DNA from: Terriglobia bacterium
GTDB lineage: Bacteria > Acidobacteriota > Terriglobia > Acidiferrales > UBA7541
Direction of reading: 5' to 3'
Length of the DNA: 64,000 nt
NCBI GenBank assembly: GCA_963695545.1
Contig: OY968796.1
Location: forward strand, 2,592,001 to 2,656,000
A model generated the notes under the pieces. That model saw nothing but the letters and a program-made list of their open reading frames with translations. It was not told where the DNA came from and made no database searches. This document shows, piece by piece, positions 20,307 to 28,099 of this stretch. Both the position numbers and the translations under genes were made by a program. How positions within the stretch are numbered: the first letter of the stretch is position 1; each line of letters starts with the position of its first letter.

Positions 20307-20900
20307 CTATAGACTGGGATACGCCAGCGTGATTTCCATCACGCGGCCGGAGTCTCGTGCGCAGAAAACTTCCATCACCTGGGGCACGCTGGATCCTGCC
20401 CAATCGAATGCGTAATACATCAATTCTAGCTCGTGCTTTCCTTTGACGGAAGGCCCGGACGAATTCGGGTCGCCGTACAACTGTGTGACGCGATCTTCGG
20501 GATCGCCGAGATGCAGGCCGCGGCCGGTTTGCCACTGATCTTCGTGAAGAGTGTCACCATGGCGTCCGGAGCACGCGCCGGCTTCGGAAGCGATGGCGGA
20601 GATGGTGACGCTTTGGATCAGGTTGTTTTTGTCGAGTTCGAGCAGGATGGCGTGGCCGGTGCATGGGTCGCGCCATTGCTTGGTGCCGTCGGAGAGATCG
20701 GAGACGCCTTTAGATCCATAGCGGTGTTGGGCAGCACCTAAAGCGTCGCGGCCGGGGCGCAGTCCGGCCAGAGTGAGTTCGTTCGCGCGCGTCGCCGGCG
20801 CCGAGATTGCATCTTGCGAGCGCGCGGCAGCGGCGGCCGCTCCAGCCAGCAGCAAAATTGCGCTAGCGTACGGCCAGAATCTCGTCGAGCCGGGCTTCAA
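20307..20900 (-). CDS. Secreted hypothetical protein
   Basis: GAAGGAG RBS before TTG 20900; signal peptide FWPYASAILLLAGAAAAA; internal duplication LAGLRPGRD / GRGLHLGD. Confidence 0.75.
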   Translation of the reverse strand: MKPGSTRFWPYASAILLLAGAAAAAARSQDAISAPATRANELTLAGLRPGRDALGAAQHRYGSKGVSDLSDGTKQWRDPCTGHAILLELDKNNLIQSVTISAIASEAGACSGRHGDTLHEDQWQTGRGLHLGDPEDRVTQLYGDPNSSGPSVKGKHELELMYYAFDWAGSSVPQVMEVFCARDSGRVMEITLAYPSL

Positions 20901-21540
20901 AATTTTCTTCTCCTTCAGAGTACAGGCGCATGCGCTCGATGGGCAAGGCGGCTTGCGCGGCGTGCACCCAGCGCAGCAGACGCTGGATGTTCTCGCGCGT
21001 TCGTTCGTAGTAGCCGCGCAAATTTTCCGGGCGCGACATCGCGGTGAGAAATTCCTGTTCGGCCGGATGTTCGGAGGTGACGACGCGCGGGGCGGAATTT
21101 CCGAGCAAGCCCGCGTGCCCGGTAAAGAAGTGCTCGAATCCGGCGTCAATCAGAAAATGTCCGAGATCGGCGGCGGGAATGCCGTCGTCGTATGCGAGGC
21201 CATAGCTGGAAATTTCGACGGGTTGCGGAACGTCGCTCCAGCGGCCGGATTCAGCGTCCCGCGTCCAGAGGTCCGTGAACGCCCCGATCTCGTAGGAGGC
21301 ATCCGCATTCGCGTTTTCGCGTATCAGGGCGACGATTTCCGGCGCGCTCACAGGCGCGGCGCGCAATTCGTATTCCACGATGGGAGGCAGGCTGGGTTCG
21401 ACGGCGCGGATCACCAGCGAGGTGAATCCGGGGCGCGATTTAGAGAGCGGTACGGTCTCGAGCAGGCGTTCAAGGCGCTCGAGGCGCATGGCTTCGTCGA
21501 AGTCGCGGAGCCAGAGACTGGCGAAAGCGTGATTGGCCAT
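20863..21540 (-). CDS. Hypothetical protein
   Basis: 225 aa ORF with typical codon usage; first gene of the ABC-lpxB run. Confidence 0.8.
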   Translation of the reverse strand: MANHAFASLWLRDFDEAMRLERLERLLETVPLSKSRPGFTSLVIRAVEPSLPPIVEYELRAAPVSAPEIVALIRENANADASYEIGAFTDLWTRDAESGRWSDVPQPVEISSYGLAYDDGIPAADLGHFLIDAGFEHFFTGHAGLLGNSAPRVVTSEHPAEQEFLTAMSRPENLRGYYERTRENIQRLLRWVHAAQAALPIERMRLYSEGEENFEARLDEILAVR

Positions 21541-21547
21541 GGCGGAG

Positions 21548-21555
21548 ATTATACA
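21548..21555 (-). promoter_or_regulatory. -10 box for a probably leaderless transcript
   Basis: TGTATAAT followed by 7 nt and then ATG 21540; no RBS. Confidence 0.6.
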
Positions 21556-21618
21556 GGGAGCGAAGGCTTGCGGAATCGTTCCACGTGCAGCGGAAAGGCG
21601 TGGAGCGGCACCGCGCGA

Positions 21619-24507
21619 TTAACTGTTCGGCGATTGCGGGTCGGGCGCTTGCGTTGAGTCGGGCGCAGATTTCGGCTCGGGCTTGGTGTGCGATTCCGGT
21701 TCCGGCGAGCGCAGAATTCTCTGGCGCATCGACACGCCGATCTCCGCGAAAATGCCGGAGCACGCGGCGCGAATGCGATCTTCGGATTCGACAGCCAGTT
21801 GGTCGATCAAATCCTGCGAGTGCTGATTGAGTTTGGTGACGGAGGCGAGTTCCCAGGTATTCGAGTTGTTCTCAAGGCGCTGCTTATAGTCCTCGACCGC
21901 CTGATTGCCCATGCGCGCAAGGTCTTTCTCGATCTCCTGCACGTCGGCGTTTCGCGCCGCGCGCCAGTACTCGGTGACGGCTTCGGCCTGCGCATCGATT
22001 TCGCCCCGCGCGGCGACGATCGACTCGGCGGATTGTTTTTCGATATCGGCGCGGAACTTCTCCGCGGTCAATTGCGCGGCGGCATCGAGCTGAGATTGCG
22101 TCTCGGCGGCCTGCGCGTCAAGGCGCGCCGAAAAATGCTCTTGCGCCGCCGCGCTTTGGGCCACCAGGCGCTGATACTGCTCGGCGGCGATCTTCGCGGC
22201 GCGCTCGCTGAATCCGCCGGCGACGGCGTCGCTGGCTTCCTCGGCGGCTTCGCGCGTGCGCTCGGCTGCCACGCGCGCTTGATCGTCCAATTGTTCCTTG
22301 GCCTGCTCGACGTAGCTGCGGGTGAAATGATCGAGCTCGGCGGCGAATATGCCGGACAGCTCGGCGGCTTTGTCGCGGAGGGCGTCGGCCGCTTGCGCGA
22401 TGCCCTTTTCGAGCGTGGACTGCATTTGCGTTTGGACTTTCTTTTCGTACCAGTCGGCAGATTTGAAAATCGATTCAAACGCGTTGTGCGTGGTATCGGT
22501 CGCACGGGCCTCCAGATCGGCCAGCGAACGCGCCTGGGCTTCGGAGCTGGATTGCTGGAATCGCTCTTCGAGGCGGCGGAAGATTTCTTCGGTGCGCGCC
22601 GCGGCGTCGCTGGCGGAGCGCTCGGAAATTTCGCGCACGCGCTGCTCGTGAGCGGCAAGGGCTTCCTCAGCGCGGGCCGAGCCGGCTTCGAGTTCGCGCA
22701 GCGTGGCGCTGGCGCGATCGAGCTGCGGCGCGAACTGTTGCTCAATTTGTTGCGCGACGCTGGAGAGCAACTCGCGTCCCGCGGCTATCAAGCCCGGTTC
22801 GAGGCGCTCGACGACGGAATTCGCGATGGTCTCGGCGCGCTGGTTCAAAGCGACGCTGTGCGATTCGACGAGAGCCTGGCCGTGTCGCTCGAGTTCCTCG
22901 CTTGCGTTCTGGCGCAGACCGTCGAGCGTGGCGCCGTGGTTTTCGATCTTTGCGGCGGCCTCGTTCAGTTGGCTGACGGCCGCGTTGGCGCGCCCCGTTT
23001 CTTTGCTGAGCGATGCGCGCAGCGTGCCGAGAGCGCTTTCGGCTTCGGCTGTGGCATCGTTGAAGGCTTTAGTAAGCGTTTCGATGCGCTGCGCGATGTG
23101 GCGTTCGAGTTCTTGGGCCGAAGATTCCGAATTGTGCGCGAGGCGCTCGGCAGCCTGGCGCGCTGCGGTCTCGAGCGAAGACTCCATGTGCTCGTGCACG
23201 CGCGCGTTCGCGGTGGCCACGTCCGCTTCGAGCCGCCCACGCCAGACGGACTCGGCTTCGGAAGTCGCGGCAGCCATTCGCTCGGCTACGCGAGCGGCGG
23301 CGGCTTCGAGTTCGGTCATGCGGGCGAGAGCTTGCGCGGAACTTGATTCGGCGATCTCGGTCCAGCGGCGCAGGCTTGCCGTTGCGGTTTCTTCGGATTC
23401 CCGGCGCCACTGTTCAAGACGCGTTTGCGCGGCCGACGATTCGGCTTCGAGCGTGCGTGCCGCGTTTTCGATTTCGGCGCGGGCTTGGTCGAAGCGCGCG
23501 TGAATTTCAGCTTCGAGTTCTTCGCGCCGGCGACGCTCGACCTGATCGATTTCGGAGCTGAGCCGCCCGATTCCGCCGCGCAGATGGCGGTCGGCTTCCT
23601 GTGCCCATCGCGCGCTCAAACGCTCGATCTCGCCTTGCGAGATGTTTTCGAGCGCGGAGCGCAGAACCACTTCGCCGTGCGTGGTGGCGGCGTCGCGCAC
23701 GGATTTTTCGGCGGCGTTCTGAAGCTGATTTTCGATGGAGAGCAGCAAGGAACGAAGCTCGGCCGAGACGGCTTGCGTGGCTTGCGTGTTTACGGTCTCT
23801 TGCAACTGCTGACGGGCCTCGTTCATGAGGCGGCTCATCTGGCGCGCGAGCTGCAGCGATTCATCGGCGGACGCTGGAGACGGCATGACGTGAATGTGTG
23901 CGTCGGCGCGCGATTCCGGTTCGTGCTCAGCCGGGCGCTCCGCGGACTCCACCGAAACCGTCTCAGGCTCGGGCGGGGCCGCCGCCGCGGGCGATTCTTC
24001 CTGCGGCGCGATCGATGACGCTTCAGCTTGCTCGGAAATCGTGGCTTCAAGCGACGTCGCGATGGAAGGCGAGAAGGAACTTGCGATGGAACGCGCAGGA
24101 GTTTCCGGGCGCGCGCCATCCGGGAACGGCGTCCAATCCGACGGCGGAAATGCGACGCCCCAAACATTGCCAGAGGTTTCAAGCTCGGCGCCGATCTGGA
24201 ACAATTCGCGTACAGTGCGCGGGCGCTGCACCCACGTGACGCGCGCGCGTACGGTGCGCGGCGGACGGCCCGTTTCCGGGTGCGGCACCTCGAACGTGAG
24301 CCACATATTTTTAAGGACGTAGTGCTTCGATTGGTAGCGGCAACCCTGGCAATTGATGATCTGCGTGGAGGTGCGCTCCTGAAACGGCCGGCCGAGCGCG
24401 TCTACGCCGGTGACCGTCAGCGGTACAGCTTGCACGATGCGCGTACTGCGCCTGTTTTTGGCGTCCGTATCACGCCGCGGAGAGGTTTCCACGCCCGTAG
24501 CTCCCAA
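21619..24507 (-). CDS. PilZ-like N-terminal domain plus very long Ala/Glu-rich coiled coil
   Basis: RRSTR...VTGVDALGRPFQERTST...VRARVTWV...IGAEL...NVWGVAFPP, then about 700 helical residues. Confidence 0.8.
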   Translation of the reverse strand: MGATGVETSPRRDTDAKNRRSTRIVQAVPLTVTGVDALGRPFQERTSTQIINCQGCRYQSKHYVLKNMWLTFEVPHPETGRPPRTVRARVTWVQRPRTVRELFQIGAELETSGNVWGVAFPPSDWTPFPDGARPETPARSIASSFSPSIATSLEATISEQAEASSIAPQEESPAAAAPPEPETVSVESAERPAEHEPESRADAHIHVMPSPASADESLQLARQMSRLMNEARQQLQETVNTQATQAVSAELRSLLLSIENQLQNAAEKSVRDAATTHGEVVLRSALENISQGEIERLSARWAQEADRHLRGGIGRLSSEIDQVERRRREELEAEIHARFDQARAEIENAARTLEAESSAAQTRLEQWRRESEETATASLRRWTEIAESSSAQALARMTELEAAAARVAERMAAATSEAESVWRGRLEADVATANARVHEHMESSLETAARQAAERLAHNSESSAQELERHIAQRIETLTKAFNDATAEAESALGTLRASLSKETGRANAAVSQLNEAAAKIENHGATLDGLRQNASEELERHGQALVESHSVALNQRAETIANSVVERLEPGLIAAGRELLSSVAQQIEQQFAPQLDRASATLRELEAGSARAEEALAAHEQRVREISERSASDAAARTEEIFRRLEERFQQSSSEAQARSLADLEARATDTTHNAFESIFKSADWYEKKVQTQMQSTLEKGIAQAADALRDKAAELSGIFAAELDHFTRSYVEQAKEQLDDQARVAAERTREAAEEASDAVAGGFSERAAKIAAEQYQRLVAQSAAAQEHFSARLDAQAAETQSQLDAAAQLTAEKFRADIEKQSAESIVAARGEIDAQAEAVTEYWRAARNADVQEIEKDLARMGNQAVEDYKQRLENNSNTWELASVTKLNQHSQDLIDQLAVESEDRIRAACSGIFAEIGVSMRQRILRSPEPESHTKPEPKSAPDSTQAPDPQSPNS

Positions 24508-24642
24508 GGAGTCGAAATCCAGACTAACATCGCGGAAACCGAGCGTCGAGTGTTTCCAGCGGTAGTTGCGAAATCGCTAATGGCTGCCCGGAGGCTCAGG
24601 GGCGGCCCGTCGCCCCGGGGCGGTGGCGGGCAGGGCCCGAGA

Positions 24643-25242
24643 TTACAGCTCCCGCCGGCCTTCCATGGCCTTGAGCATGGTCACTTCGTCGGCGTATTCA
24701 AGGTCCGAGCCGACCGGGATGCCCACGCCAATCCGCGTGACGCGCACGCCCAGCGGCTTGATCAATTTCGAGAGGTAGACGGCGGTGGCTTCGCCCTCCG
24801 CGGTGGGATTGGTGGCTACGATGATTTCTTCCACCGCGCCGCCTTTGAGGCGCTCGATCAGGGTCTTCAGGTGCAATTGCTCTGGGCCGATTCCCTGAAG
24901 CGGCGAAAGCGCGCCGCCGAGCACGTGGTAGAGGCCGCTATACTGCCGCGTTTTCTCGACCGAAGCGATGCTGTTGGGATCTTCGACCACGCAGATGATG
25001 CGGCGGTTTCTCGTGGCGCTTGAGCAATAGAGGCACGGATCGGTGTCGGTGATGTTGTGGCATACCGAGCATTGGTGGACGTTGAGCTTGGCGTCGCGAA
25101 TGGCGTCGGCCAGCGCAAGAGCTTCTTCAGGCCCGACGCGCAGCAGATGAAACGCCAGGCGCTGCGCCGTCTTCTGGCCAATTCCCGGAAGGCGCTTCAA
25201 CTGGTCGACGAGTTTCGAGACGGGTTCGGCGAAGTCGGGCAT
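24643..25242 (-). CDS. recR: Recombination mediator RecR
   Basis: [48 protein letters not shown]. Confidence 0.98.
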   Translation of the reverse strand: MPDFAEPVSKLVDQLKRLPGIGQKTAQRLAFHLLRVGPEEALALADAIRDAKLNVHQCSVCHNITDTDPCLYCSSATRNRRIICVVEDPNSIASVEKTRQYSGLYHVLGGALSPLQGIGPEQLHLKTLIERLKGGAVEEIIVATNPTAEGEATAVYLSKLIKPLGVRVTRIGVGIPVGSDLEYADEVTMLKAMEGRREL

Positions 25243-25340
25243 TAAGGGTTGGTCCGCTCGGAGCGCGTTTGTTCAATCGAAGGAGCGGGGCGCGGCGCGA
25301 TTCGTAATTTCACTAAGATTGGTATTGAACGTCGCGCGCT

Positions 25341-25667
25341 TCAATAAAGTCCGGGGATTTTCAGGCCGGCAATTCCCGGAACACCGCCGGCCAGATTTTT
25401 CATCTGGCTGGCCAGTTCTTCATCCACGCGGCGCGAGGCTTCGTTGACCGCCGCGCGAATCAGGTCCTGAAGCATTTCCTGATCTTTGCTTTTGAAGATT
25501 TCAGGTTCGATGCGCACTTCGGTGATTTGCTTCTGGCCGTTCATCTTCACGAGGACCATGCCGCCGCCGGCCGAAGCCTCGACGTGCACAGTTTCCACCT
25601 GCTTCTGCAGGCTCTCCTGCATCTGCCGGAACTGCGTCAGCATTTGCTGTAGCGCCTTCACTTCCAT
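25341..25667 (-). CDS. ybaB: YbaB/EbfC nucleoid-associated protein
   Basis: VEASAGGGMV.VKMNG, EMLQDLIRAAVNEA; lies between dnaX and recR. Confidence 0.96.
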   Translation of the reverse strand: MEVKALQQMLTQFRQMQESLQKQVETVHVEASAGGGMVLVKMNGQKQITEVRIEPEIFKSKDQEMLQDLIRAAVNEASRRVDEELASQMKNLAGGVPGIAGLKIPGLY

Positions 25668-25670
25668 GAT

Positions 25671-27407
25671 CTAGCCCTCGTCACCGCGCTTGACGTCGGA
25701 TATCTGGCCGCCGAATCGCTCGAGCATCGCGCGCACGATCGGGTCACGCTCAAACTGCGCGCGCAACTCGCGCGAAACTCCGGCTGCCCGAAACTCCGGC
25801 GCAGCCACCGGCGACGCTTCTAGTTTAACACAGACGCGCACACCCTGGCCGACAACGCGTTGCGCGATGTTCCGAAGAGTTTCCATCTGCTCGCGCGATT
25901 GCAACATCTCGGCCAGCGCGCGGCGCTCGGTGGGAAAAAATAAACGGACTTCGGAACCTTCGCGCTCCCAGCGGCTGGCTTGCTCCACGAGCTCGCCCAA
26001 GAATTTTTGCTGTTCGAGCGCGGCAACTTTGATGGCTTCCACTTGCGCGGCTTCAAGGCCTCCGCCGACGCTGACCATGCGCGCGACGGCGCCTTCGGGT
26101 TTTGTCGCGAGAGGAGCGCCGCTAACGCCCGGCTCTGAAACGCTGCGCTCGACGCGCGGCGCAGCGATCGGTGCGGTGCGCGTCGTCGCAGTGGGTTGCG
26201 GCGCGGAAGTATTCGCGGCGCCGTGCGCCGCGGCGGCAGACGAGGCTTTACCCGCGCGCGGCGTCGCGTCCGGGTCCGCGCCACCAAGTTCAGCCAAAAC
26301 TTGTTCGAGCGGCGCGAGGCGTGCGGCATTGACCATGCGCAACAATCCCATCTCCAGATGAAGTCGCTCGTCGGGCTTGCGGCGGAGATCGTCGTACGTC
26401 TCGAGCAGAATCTCGAAGAAGCGAGTGAGATCTTCTTCGCTGAAGGATGCCGCGGCGCGCGCGATGCCGGCGCGTTCGCTGGCCGGCGCGGCCACCAGAT
26501 CGGATTCGGCGCCGCATACTTTCGCGACCAGCAAATTGCGGAAGTGTCCGATCGCTTCGCGGCAGAAGCTCGGCAGATTTTGTCCTTGTGCCAGGAGGCC
26601 GTGCACGAGTTCGAGCGCAAGCGTGGCCGAGCGCTGCTCGATCGCGGTGGTGAGCAGATCGAGGGTTTCCTGCGGAACCACGCCGAGCAATTCGCGCACT
26701 TGCGCGTCGCTGATGGTTTCGCCGCTGTAGGCGCGCGCTTGCTCGAGCAACGAAAGCGCGTCGCGCACGCTGCCCTCTGCTGCGCGGGCCATCACGGCCA
26801 GCGCGCCCGCCTCGACGTTCCATTTTTCCTGTGAAGCGATCTGCGCGAGCGCCGCGGTGATTTCCGCGAACGAAAGCGCGCGAAAATGGAAGTGCTGCGA
26901 GCGCGAGCGAATGGTTTCGGCCAGATCGTCGGGCTCGGTCGTCGCGAGAATAAAGACCACGCGGTCGGGCGGCTCTTCGAGCGTTTTCAGCAGCGCGTTC
27001 GAGGCTTCGTCGGTGAGCATGTGCGCTTCGTCGAGGATCACGACTTTATAGCGCGACGACGCCGGCGCGTAGCGCACCATCTCGCGCAGCTCGCGAATCT
27101 GATCGATGCCGCGATTGGAAGCCGCGTCAATTTCGATCACGTCGAGCGACGAGCCGGTGGAAATCTCGCGGCATGAGTCGCATTCGTTGCAGGGTTCGGC
27201 GGCGGGGCCCTTGGCGCAATTCAGCGCCTTGGCGAGAATGCGCGCGGTAGTGGTTTTGCCGACGCCGCGCGCGCCGCTAAAAATGTACGCGTGCGCCACG
27301 CGACCGCTGACGATGGCGTTCGCGAGCGTGCGCGTGACGTGCTCTTGGCCGATGACCTCCGCAAAGGTCTGCGGCCGCCACTTTCGCGCGATCACTTGGT
27401 AAGCCAT
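25671..27407 (-). CDS. dnaX: DNA polymerase III subunit gamma/tau
   Basis: MAYQVIARKWRPQTF, GARGVGKTT, EIDAASNRG, DEAHML, NALLKTLEEPP. Confidence 0.98.
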   Translation of the reverse strand: MAYQVIARKWRPQTFAEVIGQEHVTRTLANAIVSGRVAHAYIFSGARGVGKTTTARILAKALNCAKGPAAEPCNECDSCREISTGSSLDVIEIDAASNRGIDQIRELREMVRYAPASSRYKVVILDEAHMLTDEASNALLKTLEEPPDRVVFILATTEPDDLAETIRSRSQHFHFRALSFAEITAALAQIASQEKWNVEAGALAVMARAAEGSVRDALSLLEQARAYSGETISDAQVRELLGVVPQETLDLLTTAIEQRSATLALELVHGLLAQGQNLPSFCREAIGHFRNLLVAKVCGAESDLVAAPASERAGIARAAASFSEEDLTRFFEILLETYDDLRRKPDERLHLEMGLLRMVNAARLAPLEQVLAELGGADPDATPRAGKASSAAAAHGAANTSAPQPTATTRTAPIAAPRVERSVSEPGVSGAPLATKPEGAVARMVSVGGGLEAAQVEAIKVAALEQQKFLGELVEQASRWEREGSEVRLFFPTERRALAEMLQSREQMETLRNIAQRVVGQGVRVCVKLEASPVAAPEFRAAGVSRELRAQFERDPIVRAMLERFGGQISDVKRGDEG

Positions 27408-27485
27408 TTTGGGCAATGCGCTCCGGGTAGTTCGGCGAACTTCTTGTGCGCCGCACGCCGCGCGCGGCCGGTGAAAACGATGAGA

Positions 27486-27589
27486 GGAACTTCGGGTACT
27501 CCGCGGCACACGAGGTGATCCCGGTACCGTTGCTCCCTTCCGGGCCTGGCGGGGTTCGCGGGGCCTGGTTGCACAGAGCCCGAAGTTCC
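27486..27589 (-). ncRNA. ffs: Signal recognition particle RNA (small, 4.5S)
   Basis: Terminal stem GGAACTTCGGG/CCCGAAGTTCC; helix-8 motif CCAGGCCCGGAAGGGAGCAAC; usual position upstream of dnaX. Confidence 0.95.
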
Positions 27590-27694
27590 ACGCATCCGCA
27601 GTTTGCGATTTCCGATTCGCTCGAGAATTGCAATCCGCGACGCGAGTCTAGCACAGCGATTCAAGGCGCGGAAGTTTGTGCCGCACGCATCGAT

Positions 27695-27747
27695 TCCTAT
27701 TGACATTCGATAGGAGCGAGATGTATTCCTATCGTCGTTCTATAGGA
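27695..27747 (+). promoter_or_regulatory. Two TCCTAT-N9-ATAGGA operators overlapping the padR promoter and RBS
   Basis: Sites at 27695-27715 and 27727-27747; TTGACA at 27700-27705. Confidence 0.8.
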
Positions 27748-27751
27748 GCCG

Positions 27752-28087
27752 ATGGTGGGGGAACAAAACACGGAGTTGCTGCAAGGCACTCTCGATCTGC
27801 TGATCTTGAAGGCGCTCGCGCTCGGGCCGCGTCACGGGCTGGGCATAGCGCGGCGCATCGAGCAGGTGACGCGCGGAACATTTCAGGTGAAACCCGGCTC
27901 GCTGTTTCCGGCGCTGCATCGCATGGAGGACGAAGGCTGGCTTTCGTCGTCCTGGGGCGAATCGGAAAACAATCGCCGCGCGAAATTTTATCAACTCACC
28001 CGCGCGGGCCGGCGCCAACTCGGCGCCGAAACCGAGCGATGGGCGCGCGTTTCCGCCGCAATCGCGCGTGTGCTGGCGGTCAGCTGA
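27752..28087 (+). CDS. PadR family regulator (acidobacterial type)
   Basis: ELLQGTLDLLILKAL..GPRHGLGI, GSLFPALHR, WGESENNRRAKFY. Confidence 0.95.
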   Translation: MVGEQNTELLQGTLDLLILKALALGPRHGLGIARRIEQVTRGTFQVKPGSLFPALHRMEDEGWLSSSWGESENNRRAKFYQLTRAGRRQLGAETERWARVSAAIARVLAVS

Positions 28088-28099
28088 GGCGAGGAACGC

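Noticed and set aside
21688..23346. Long antisense ORFs (also 17095-18165, 18348-19655, 31351-32424, 38856-40097, 47116-48420, 57483-58598)
   Set aside because: Shadow frames of well-supported genes, expected in high-GC DNA; no motifs.
25671..27407. Programmed -1 frameshift in dnaX
   Set aside because: No canonical A-AAA-AAG or long A-run slippery site seen; the T6 run near 25935 is not a properly framed heptamer.
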